NCBI RefSeq assembly: GCF_963676685.1
Contig: NC_092345.1
Coordinates: forward strand, 50,716,001-50,780,000
Direction of reading: 5' to 3'
Length of the DNA: 64,000 nucleotides
Source: Mytilus edulis
Taxonomy: Eukaryota
Below the pieces are notes generated by a model that saw only the letters and a list, made by a program, of their open reading frames with translations, did no database searches and was not told the DNA's origin. This document shows, in pieces, positions 1 to 12,012 of the stretch (position 1 is its first letter; every line of letters begins with the position of its first letter). Made by a program: the position numbers and the translations under genes.

Positions 1-919
1 TGCTTTGTTATGAAAGGTTTAATCTGCAATATGCACGATTTGCTTTGCTTAACAATGTTCCTATACAATGCTTACAAAAAGCATTATCTGTATTTTATGA
101 CATCTGACTATCTAGGCACACCTCCAAAATGGCACACATCAAGAGACCTGTCTATTTGTAATTGTTTTAATTTTCAACAAGTAATTAAAAAATGTTAAAA
201 GCATGGTTGTATAACGAACTCTTAAAGTAAATCCATTTTATATCAATCAATATCTAAAATTACCCAATTTCCAATACTAAATCAACAACCACTTGCACAC
301 ATGTTGCCTTAAATTATAAATCATGAAAGAGCGAAGCAGTCCATAGCTTTTTAGAAAGCTCAAACTCGTTTTCATATTAACTTGAAATAGTCCTTTTCTT
401 TATTTATAGTGTAAACATGGAAACGTGGGTTTTTCCGGACTGCGAAAAGTTGTCATGGCAGTATTGCATGGCATGAGAACAGCAATAGTGCCACAATAAG
501 CGCTTCACAACACAACTCGAATATGATTGATAAACTCCCAATGAGTTTATTGAGATTTATAAACATTTATAATGTATGGGTAACTTTGCGTTCTTGGTAA
601 CCCTCTTGTTGTTTTCCAGCACCAATTAAAATGTTACAAATTAGCCAATGTTTAGAAAATTTATTATGCACATATATCCGAACGTATGCTTAGTACTGAC
701 ACAGAACCAATCGCAATGCCAAAGATAAGACCCAGTAAAAAAATTAATTGGGCTAGTTATCGAGACAAAACCTTTCATAATAACGGCAAATTGTCGACAT
801 TTCAACATAACATGCAAACGATACATTAAAACCTAAAGACTGAGTTACACGAGTCTTACAGTGATATAAGGTGCGCCTTGAGGGTATGCACATCCTGCTT
901 CACATGTGAGATTCCGCCG

Positions 920-1700
920 TGTTGCTCATGGCAGGTACACATTCGGTGCTGTTGCTCATGGAAAGTACAAATTCGATTATGTTGCTAAAGGTAAGTACAA
1001 TTTCGATGATGTTGCTAATGGCAAGTACAAATTCGATTATGTTGCTCATGGAAAGTACAAATTCGGTGATGTTGCTCATGGAAAGTACACATTCGATTAT
1101 GTTGCTAAAGGTAAGTACAATTTCGATGATGTTGCTAATGGTAAGTACAAATTCGATTATGTTGCTAATTGTAAGTACAAATTCGATTATGTTGCTAATT
1201 ATAAGTACAAATTTGATGATGTTGCTTATGGAAAGTACAAATTCGATTATGTTGCTAATGGTTAGTACAAATTCGATTATGTTGATAATGGTAAGCACAC
1301 ATTCGATGATGTTGCTTATAGTACGTACTCATGGTAGGTACAAATGTCCATGGTTAGTACACATTCGATGATGTTGTTCATTGTAAGTACAAATTTGATG
1401 ATATTGCTCATAGATGATATTGCTCATAGTAAGTACTCATGGTATAAACAAAGGTTCATGGTAAGTACAAATTCGATCATGGTGTTGCTCATGGAAAGTA
1501 CAAATTCGATGATATTGCTCATGATAAGTACAAATTCGATGATGTTGCTCATAGTAAGTACTAATGGTAAGTACAAATGTCCATGGTTAGTACAAACAAA
1601 TCGATGATGTTGCTCATGGTAAGTACAAATTCGGTGATGTTGCTCATAGAAATACAAATTCGATATTGTTGCTCATGGTAAGTTCGAATTCGGTGATGAC
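920..1700. repeat. 30-bp minisatellite (about 25 units)
   Basis: Unit GTTGCTCATGGAAAGTACAAATTCGATTAT repeated in tandem, decaying toward the 3' end. Confidence 0.95.
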
Positions 1701-3839
1701 ATTATCAATTAAAAAGGTGAGTGGAGAATGGCTATGACAGTTGGAACATATCCATGATGATCTGTGAGTAACTCATAACAGTCAAACACTAACTCATGAC
1801 AATAACTTCAACAATTGTCAAAGATATCAAATGCCGGTCGAAGTATATGTATAATTAGTTTGTAGTTTGTTCATCTGTCTCGAGGTTCTTATGCAAGCAA
1901 ATTTAATAAACAATGATTTTATACAGATTTTTTTGTTTTCACTTTACATTGAGCTTTATCTCTGATCTTATTTCTGTGTGCACAATTCTGATTCTACGTA
2001 TTTCGACGGGAAGTTCTAAAACGCGGAAGTGGAAAACGCGGAAGTGCATACTTGATATATATTTTAAATACTATCTCCGGAACCGTTAAAGCTAAATTAA
2101 TAATTAAAACAGATTTTGAAAGCTTATATAATAGTTTATAAGATGAAATAAAAACCGTTGTTTTTAGATATGCATTATTACCGAAAAGTGGACGTTGATA
2201 GTCGAAAAAAGGTGGTTCCGGTGTTAACCTCCTTTACCCCCGGGCTCGAGTCTCCACTGGTGATATTGATCAATGTGTGCCGTATGCAAGTTTTACTTGA
2301 ATTAAATTGGTTATGGATGATAACAGTGAAAATATCTAACTTGCAAAAATTTGACATTCGTATATTTGCAAACAAAAAAGTTACCACAGATCGTAAGTGA
2401 TTCGCCCCCTTGTTAGTGATATTACAATATGAAATAAATAGAATTAGGCCTATACAATGAACAGTTTGTTTACTTAATGATTTCAGAATTCCATGGTTGC
2501 TTAAGATATATACTAGGCTAGCGTCCTCATTAGTAGCATTCAGACGTATAATGTTAAAGTCATTAATAATAGATCCATTTCAATCTAAGTAAAACGCTCA
2601 GGGTATATCGTATATGGGTAATACAAAATCAAGCATGTCAAATATCCGTTATTTACGTTTACAAGGTAACATATGAATCAACCTTGAATTTTTACCACCC
2701 TGTTTTTAATGGATAAAAAGTAGACCTTTGATTAATGTGTCATCCATAGCTACACTTACGTGCTTTATAGACCATTGCAACAACAAATAAACAAATAGAC
2801 GGAAATACATGTAGTAATTTATTACTAAATATACATTTACGGAAACACGCTTGATCATTCATGTGGAGTTAAAAGTTTTATTTACCTTCTTAAATTTAAA
2901 TTGGAAAACCGGAACACGATAATAACATAATAAAGTAGTAAGATCTGTTTTTAGTGATATTTTGTGTTGATTATTTTGAAGTTTAATAACAGTTTATCAA
3001 CCAAAAACAGTTTATCAACCAAAAAGGACTTTCTTAATTCATTCAGGATGGTCTCTTTAGTGATGAAAAAGTGGTGTTATATACCATGATATACGGAGAT
3101 GTTTGTTTAAACTTACATGTTATTTGTAGGAATATATATATACACGAATTATAATTCGGAGACCATTCAGGTAACTACTGATTTTATTATTTTATTATAT
3201 TTTATTTACCCACTAGATAGCCTACAACTTATTTTAAGTATGACTTGCGAAAAGTGAAAAATATGAGCTATTATCGGTAATATTGATTTTTGTAAATACT
3301 TCATTCAGGTTATTTAAGATATAGTTCACACCATGAAAGATAATTTGATATATTGAATTGAACTTTGATTAGAAAAAGAATTAAAATAATTTCGGAAGAA
3401 TGTGTGTACCGTGTTAACATATATATCATAATGCCCCCTCATTTATAGAAGCCTGTCTCATTGTATTAATATGTTTCATAAAAATCTATTTTTTTTAAAT
3501 ATCTTTTGATCAAAATACAATAATCTACATGAAAATCAATTAGAACTTATTTTTATCGTGACCCTTTTGTACATCTATCATGTTTTTTTGTGTCGTGTTT
3601 TTGTTGACTGATGTTTTCTGATTGTCATTTTTTCTTATATTTTTGTTGTCTGACTTTTATTGATTTGTTTGCCCCCCCCCCTTTTTGCGCCTTCTCGTGT
3701 CTTCTCCCCTTATAAAGAACATTGTAATTTTAACGATTCATTTTCTACTATGAAACAGAAGATACAAATACAAACAGTGCATTAGAGCAAACTCATTATC
3801 ATTTATTGGTTAAGATCTAATAACAGAAATGATAGAATT

Positions 3840-4121
3840 AAACAAGAATGTGTCCTAAGTACTCTGATGCCCCATCCGCACTATCATTTTCTATGTTCAG
3901 TGGACCGTAAAAATTGGGTCAAATCTCTAATTTGGCATGAAAATTAAAAATATATCATAAGGAACATGTGTACTAAGTTTCAAGTTGATTGGACTTCAAC
4001 TTCATCAGAAACTACCTTGACCAAAAACTTTAACCTGAAGCGGGACGAACGGACGAACGGACGAACAGACGAACGGACGCACAGACCAGAAAACATAATG
4101 CCCTTAAATGGGGCATAAAAA
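3840..4121 (-). mobile_element. Short non-autonomous Helentron-like element (HINE type)
   Basis: Subterminal ATGCCCCA/TGGGGCAT repeats, terminal palindrome ATGCCCTTAAATGGGGCAT, (GGACGAAC)n microsatellite, T-run insertion site. Confidence 0.6.
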
Positions 4122-4665
4122 TCATACTAATATATTATACCAGTAAACTATAATTCCTTATATTTAAACACTCTTATATAAAAGAGGAAAACATTTTATT
4201 TGCTTAATTAAGCTGTGCTATTTTTCACCAATATTTTTTTTTAAGTATTAATGTTTTATAAATATCAGATTAGTTTTATTTTCTAGTATTTCTTGTTTTG
4301 AGGTTAATTTTTTACACTGAAATAAGAAATACTGTTCGTCTTCAATTTGCCAGACAGTACAGTACCTTTCTTTTCTTGGAATTTAAAAATGCCTTCTCCT
4401 TTCAGTCATAAAAAGAATGGTCACTTATGCATACATTGTATTTTGCATATTGCTGATTGTAGTTTCTTTCCAAAATGTAACTTTTCACATAACTTGGCTA
4501 TTTGGAGTTTTTTTTTCATAAAAGTTCACAACAGAATAATTGATAGCAGCTTGAAGTGGTAAAAATTCTCGGACTACATTTGGTAGTTATTATATTCATA
4601 ATATGACTTATAAAGATTTTTGTAAAATTTAACAATTCTAAATTTAGATATGAGCTTGGAATGTA

Positions 4666-5420
4666 TCTATAATACTAAAATTACGAGGTCCAATTTGTCA
4701 GCCGTCATCACGTAAAAACGACGAATCAAAGAATTCAACTTTATATATAACTAATATAGTACAAAGGTGTAGATTAAAAATTACACCACTCCAGGCCCTT
4801 TTGTTTTCTACGTAATTAATATTGCCAATAATTAAGAAGTTCCGGGTCGAGTCCGATACCGATACCAATAGTATATTCACCTGTTACCGATTACCTTATC
4901 TGTACGTCCCGCTTCTGACAGGCGCACCACCAAACGGTGTATTCAGGATTACTATGCTATATAGTATTACACGGGTCACAATCACAGGGTTGACACTACT
5001 TAATTGTCAAATTGTTACCTATTGTAGTATTTTAATCAGTTAGACTTTCTAAGATAACAATACGAATACTAAAAATCTGGACTAAAGTAAGGTGTATAGA
5101 TACAGTTTTCAATTTGTTAGCGGGCATGACGTAAAACAGCGAATCAAAGAATTCAATATTTATAACTAATATAGGACAATGCTGTTGATTAAAAAATACT
5201 CCATTCCAGGACCTTTTGTTTTCCAAATAATTAATATTATCAATAATTGATAAGTTCCAGTTCGACGGGTTCAAACAGAAAGATTTGAAAGCAGAGAAAA
5301 CTGTGTATCTTATAATCAGCATGACTTTATCAGATGACAATACTAATACTAAAATAAGGCTTGCGCATAGTTATATACTTTAATTCAGTCACGGACCCGC
5401 GATATACGGGTGTATTCTAG
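4666..5420 (+). mobile_element. Non-autonomous Helitron
   Basis: A|TC start and CTAG|T end, subterminal hairpin ACCCG-cgatata-CGGGT, internal diverged duplication (about 4690-4850 versus 5110-5270). Confidence 0.75.
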
Positions 5421-7651
5421 TTCTCATAATAAATGCCATAATGTCAAAATATTGAGTTAAAATAAATGGGCTTAACGCTCGGTTTCTCTCGTTTTGATTC
5501 ATGACATAATAGCAATAAAAGAACATAGTTACAGAACTGTAAATGCATGTATATACGTGGTAATTGTAAAACTATTTTTATGTAATTCGTAAATAATTAA
5601 TTTATTGTGTCTAAAAAATCGAAATTTGTAACATCTTACCCGCTAGCAATTTGATATGATCTATGTAAGTGCAAAGTGTTTTCTCACCCAGGGGAAACAA
5701 TTACATAATTGAATAGCCTGAGTTGTTTTTTTTACGTCGACTGGGAAAATTTAAAATAAATAAATAAAAACAAACATATAGGGGATACGTACTTTCTTTA
5801 GCAATTTTTTTATTGTAATGTACGATACTTCATTGAAAAATCTTAAAAAGAGGTCAGACTAAAACAGAAAAATGAGACGTGTCCCAAAAATACAAATAGA
5901 AATGTATATAGTGTTGACAGTGGAAAACTACGTATCAGGGCTGTACACTGCGCTTAATTAAGTTAAGATTTAATCCGAACGAACGGATCTTTCTGCATAT
6001 GTCCTACGATAAATTAGTACTACCAGAAGTCCACTAGACTAGTAAGTAATGGACTTCTGCTACTACGTATATAAGTCATTTGTCTAGTAATCAAAATACT
6101 TTATCTTGAAGTGGTTTTATGCATATCAGCCATGAAGATCACCGTAAGTAAACGGACTTAAAAAATAATCAATAATTTAATCAGTATTTTATTAATAGGC
6201 ATATTTATGAATACGGAGTTATTCTAAATTGTGACTTTAAATGAAATTTAGTTTTTAGACTTTGAACCTTTTTTTTTAATACTTTCTTACATGGATTTGT
6301 AAAGAAATTTAGTTAAGATAAGGCTATGCATATTGGATGCATTTTGTATTGTAAAAATGTAAGTACATCGCCATTTGAAGGTTAGGTATGTAATAATTCA
6401 ATAAACTAAAATCGAAATATATTTGTACACTTTAAAAAGCTTTCAAAGACATGCAATATAAGGCAATATTCTAGTAATCACATTTTCTGCAGTAAAATTA
6501 CATGGGAAAATAACGGAAACGGAAATAAAAATGGCAAATTATTAAGAATAATTGCATCCACTATCTTCATGCAGAGCATGATTGTTTATTTCAAATTCAA
6601 GTACTTTGAAGTATGTTTCTTTCAGCCGAGTACTCTCTATAATATCCACATAGAAATTATTACTGAAGTAGAAACTGTGTCAATGTGGAAAGCATATCTT
6701 ACTGTAGGATAGGACCAACGCAACCATTGTTATTGTTATAAAGAGGTGTCTTTTTCTTTTGCCAACTATTTCTTTTTTTAGTTTTGAATACATTTTTTTT
6801 CAATTACATACTGGTATGTACATAAAACTATCAGTATTTAATTTATATGATATTATATCAAATAATAACAATAACGGTAGCGTTTATTATTACATGTATA
6901 AATACGTAATTTAGGACATTAAATATATAAATGTTAACACAAGAGAATGGGATATATCAAATTAAACTTTAAATCAAATAAGATTTTTTTTTAAAATGTC
7001 TCAATTTGAGGGGATGATCATGCAATGATATTCTGATGTCTCACTAACATGTTATTATATTTCTTCTCCTTCATACATGATAAGTTTATCCCATTTTTAT
7101 GGTGTATTTATCTTTGTTTCGTAAAGCCTTTTCTCGACATGTGTCCAAATACAAAAAAAAAGATATATATATATTTGTATATATAGTGTCTCATAAGCCT
7201 ATCTAGGCTGGGTATTTGTCTTATTTTAATAGTAGACGTAGAAAATGTCAATGTTGCGAAAGGAATAAAATACAAAGTTATAGAATTAATCAAGCATCTT
7301 GTTTGGTTATATGTCTGACTTTGTGAGAAATAACCATTGACCAAGATCTTCATTGTTATGAATAACACAGGTACACATTTGACAAAAAAGATATTATCTG
7401 ACATTATATCATTCGAATGTCAAATTTGCGGATGTTTTGAATATAAATATATAGGTAGCTGAATTAAGTCAAGTTGTTGATTTTAAACTTTTGAATTTAT
7501 TTAATCACCATGCCTTTATATTCGAAGATAACAAAATGACAACAAAGATATCGATTTTGTTTTAATTTTGAACGAACATTAGAAACCTCGTGCGTCTTTT
7601 ACGGTTTCCGGTTTGCTACTACCTAAATATTCTGGGATTTTGCGTATTTAA

Positions 7652-8196
7652 GGAGGCTCGCGGGAACAAAAATTTCAGCAAAAAATTAAACATTTGTTTT
7701 TTCATTACAAATTTTATGTATTACACTATTAGTTATTACTTTATGATATGGTACAAAAATCACCAAAAAAAATAGCTTCGGCTTGGCCACAGGTGACTTT
7801 TAAAATGTTTATATCATTGAAAAAGCTCCAAGTTATCTTCATTTGGTGCAAAAATGCCATTTTTTGGCATTAAAATTGAAATATCTTTTTTTCAACTAAT
7901 CGGTGACCTATATGTTTTATTACTGATTTCAAATAAGATATACATAAAGTAAATAATTGTAAAATTTAAGCGATTTCTGTAATTTCGTTCTTTTTTAATT
8001 TCGATTAGTTCAACAGAAAAAAAGGACATTAACAAAAATGTATGCTTCTTTCGGAGGCAGATTGTGAGCTTAAATGAACAGTGACCCCATTTTTTTATTT
8101 CATTTTTCTATTAAGTATATGATAAAGTTCATTTATAAAAAAATATAGCGAAAACCTATATTAGAAAAAAAAAATGATTTATACCCGCGAGCCCCC
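7652..8196. mobile_element. MITE with TTAA target duplication (Kolobok-like)
   Basis: TTAA|GGAGGCTCGCGGG ... CCCGCGAGCCCCC|TTAA. Confidence 0.8.
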
Positions 8197-8663
8197 TTAA
8201 TGTCTTTAGTGTAAATAATGTTGTAGACATTGTTTTGGTTATGGTTTATTCTGTAACACTAAAAAAGACATATTTTTAACCGAATAAATCAATTATTACA
8301 CTCTTTGTGGTTTCGAGTCGAAACCGTTTCGTGGAAGAAAGCTCGCACCGAGCGCAAAAAGTTAGTAAATGTTTGATTTCCGACAATCAGTTATATTTAC
8401 TCGATCCTACCATGGAAGTATTATTTAAATATTACTTCCATGCTCCTACTCTAACGAGAACAAACAATTAAGGAGTAAGAGCAGATACCGGCCTGCTTTT
8501 GATCAATTAGAAAGATTTGTTGATAGGAGCCAGTACGGCGAAAGTGAGAAAAGCAATCGAGTTGAGATGACCTATGATAATCTGTTTATCGCTATTTTAC
8601 CTATGACGACGTTGTTATTTTCAGACCATTTCATTGAAAACGGGTACGTGCGCCCTTATGATT

Positions 8664-9392
8664 CTGGCGTCACACATCAGCGTATGGATCCGACGTACGC
8701 CGGGCGTGGTAAAAAATTATGTACGCTGCCAATACGCTAGTAATTTTGGATGCATTCAACTTGTCAATCATATCTGTATCGCGTATACAACGTGCCCTAA
8801 ATGTGTCTCAAACTTATCTGTAGCGCGTTTAACGCGCTTGTGGCGTATGTATAACGTGCGTGTAGCGTACAGGTATACGCTAGACACACGCTTGAGCTGG
8901 ATGAAAATTTTTATGCTGCATAAAAATTTCCTGGAGTTGTAGCGTTCACCAAGCGTATACCTTTGTATTTCGACGTACTTCAAACTTATGCAACGCGAGT
9001 TTAACGATTGCTTAGCGTTCCTCTGGCGTGCAACTAACGTATACCGACTTTGTCAATTTTCTCTGTACGTTTGGTGCACGCCGGTCTACACGCCGATTTG
9101 TGACGCCGGCATTACAAACACACCCGCATACGCTATAGTTAATTAAAGTCGAACGATCTTGAAACGTATACAACGTGCCCTAAACGTGTCTCAAACTTAT
9201 CTGTAGTGTTTTCAACGCGCTTGTAGCGTATTTATTACGTGCGTGTAGCGTACAGGTATACGCTTGACAAACGCTTGTGCTAGATGACAATTTTTTATAG
9301 CGTTCTGGCGTGCAACTAACGTATACGGACTTTGTCAATTTTCTCTGTACGTCTGGTGCACGCCGGTCTATACTCCAATGTGTGACGCCGGC
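8664..9392. mobile_element. TIR element with a duplicated right half, inserted into another repeat
   Basis: GGCGTCACAC left end; GTGACGCCGGC right ends at about 9110 and 9392. The host repeat has an uninterrupted copy at about 27600-27893. Confidence 0.65.
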
Positions 9393-11559
9393 ATAGCTTC
9401 TAACGATAAATTTTCATATCACTCTACTGCGCTGAGAAAGGTAATTATCAGAAAGTAAGATCAAAGTAAAATTTCGTAAAATAGCGATGATAAATGTTTT
9501 TTAGCTGTTACCTTGCGAGTTAGATATTTAAATATATGACAAGAAGTCTCAGTCTAGTACCACCAATCGACGAGTTCTTAAAATGCATGCAATATTTACA
9601 ACATTAAATATTACACCATAAGAGTCGCTTGAAAACTTTATAACAAAAGAGATGATTTCAGTTTTCCTATTGTGAACTGTCCGGTTCTTTATAACAATAT
9701 TTCAAAAGCAACATGTCAAAAGCGCCTACATATTGCTTCCTACAAGAATAGAGGAAGTATACCGAAATAATTTCATAATATAAGAAGATAATAAACATTT
9801 AAAACCTCTGCCTGTGAAAAAAAGTGGACACAATTATAGAGATCTTTTTAAAAAAAAAAAGAGTAAAATATATGAATATCGACGTAATAACGAAGGCGAA
9901 AAAAAGTGTTCTTCATGTCAAACGTTCAAAAGCATCCAAACTTTCAATTCATGATAGAAACAAACTCGTTATATATTTAATTAACGCTCATTACAGGTTC
10001 ATTGAATTTGAAATCACTTTGCATACTTGTAACCATGGTGTTGTCTTGGTTTTTTCTCCGACTTGTGGTTATTTTGCTTCATTGGTATCTTCCCACAAAT
10101 TATGAAGAAGACATAAAGCAAAATATTGGGTTTTTTTTTATCAGATAACAAAGGACAGAAAATAGAACGGTTTGACCACTGTTTCTTTCATTTTGAACAA
10201 TAACCAGGCTTCCCTGAGGATAAATAACGTATGACAATAAAAATACATGTATCTACTAGTAATATGTAATAGTATCAATTTTTAACGTAAATTGTTAATT
10301 ATTTATATAATTGTCTCTCGAACTCGTAATTCTTTACGTTTTACCTAATTTAATATTATAAATGTACATATGAAACGGTTTCACACCAGGGGAGACAATT
10401 ACAAATTTGAATAACCCGTGTTTAAAGTAGGGGACTTGTTATTAAAAGATTTGGTGGACTGGATGTGTTATCTATTCTCGTGATATATTTGATACAACTA
10501 TTTTACGAAAGAGGCTAGAGTGTAAAATAATATATGAAGTAATTGGTATCCTGCAAAAAAATAGTGTGCAAAGTACTGCGTACCAGAAATCCGATGTAAG
10601 TAATTATTGATTTCATTATAATGAATATTTTAATCATTTATAAATATATATTTTAACACATTGCTATTTAAAGTTGTGACTAAAAACAATATTAAGATAA
10701 GAATTTCTAACGGTGGGATTTTAAACCTTGACTTAATTAAATTGTACATATGTATATAAATGTGGTTATAACATTGTAGCACGTTTGCACTTAAATAACA
10801 AGATATCTTATTGAATTAACGGTGCAAATTTTTTAAGTAAAAATCTAAATAATTATGTTAAGTTGATAAACCTATAAAAACATACATTATTTTATCAAAA
10901 GCAATACACATTGCATTGTTGTATGCTCACGTTAACTTTAATTGATTTAGTCTTAGTTGCATGAGTGCATGAGTTTGTTTTATTAGTTGTTATTGGGTTT
11001 GAAGTATAGCTAATAGATCTCAGATCTGTACTTAGTGTCTTTTTGTCGTTGGGATGTGCAAGTACCCGACCACGTCCACTCTGCGTTTTTTGTTAGATGT
11101 ATTATAGTTTGTATCAATCTGATAACTTAAGTCTTTTTTAACTGATTTTTATAGTTCGTTCTTATGTTGTATTGTTACACCACTGTCACAGGTTAGGGGG
11201 AATTTGGATTTCGCTAACATGTTTAACCCAGCCACATTTGTGTGTCTGTTCTAAGTCAGGAGCCTGTAACTCAGTACTTGTCGTTTAGTTGCTGTGTTGC
11301 TTATTTGTTTTTCGTCTAATTTTTGTACAAAAATGTACAAAAATTAGAAGCTGTTAGATCTCTTGTTGTTTGAAGTGTTTTATGTTTGTTTGTTTGGTGT
11401 TGTTTTTTTTTAGTTGACTATGCAGTATGGGCATTGTTCATAATTGAAGGCCGTATGTGAACCTGTAGTTGTTAGTTTCTGTGCCATTTGGTCTTTTGTG
11501 AAGAACTGTCTCATTGGCAATCATTCCACATCTTCTTTTATATGCATACATTTTATGAT

Positions 11560-12012
11560 GGAGAATTGCTGCTCCCAAGAAAGCTATTAAACCAAGATGG
11601 TGAAGTTGAACTACTCCCTTCGTAAATTTTACAGACGCCATCACGAGTTGGTTGACCGTTATAAAATAACTGTTTCACATATGATATCGGATATGTTACT
11701 TATGTCGTAACTACAATACCCTACCCTTTTCATGAATGTGACCTACCGAATTTACCGGATTTGTAATAACATAAGCAACACGACGTATGCCTGATGTGGA
11801 GCAGGATCTGCTTACCCTTCTCGAGTAGCTGAGACCCCCCCCCCCCCCCCCAAGTTTTTGGTGGGGTTCATGTTGCTTAGTCTTTAGTTTTCTATGTTGT
11901 GTCTTTTGTACTATTATTTATCTGTTTGTCATTTTATTTTTAGCCATGGCGTTGTCAGTTTATTTTCAATCTATGAGTTTGACTCTCTCTCTGATATCTT
12001 TCGACCCCTTTT
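11560..12012 (+). mobile_element. Diverged 3' end of a Naiad-type Penelope-like element
   Basis: Similar to 29412-29910 and to the reverse complement of 47201-47700. Confidence 0.75.

Noticed and set aside
900-1657. Overlapping ORFs of 77-150 aa on both strands
   Set aside because: By-products of a 30-bp tandem repeat
920-1700. CRISPR-like array
   Set aside because: Units are contiguous with no unique spacers, there are no cas genes, and the context is eukaryotic
2940-3176. Possible 5' non-coding exon ending CAG|GTAACT
   Set aside because: Only a donor-like motif; cannot be supported without transcripts
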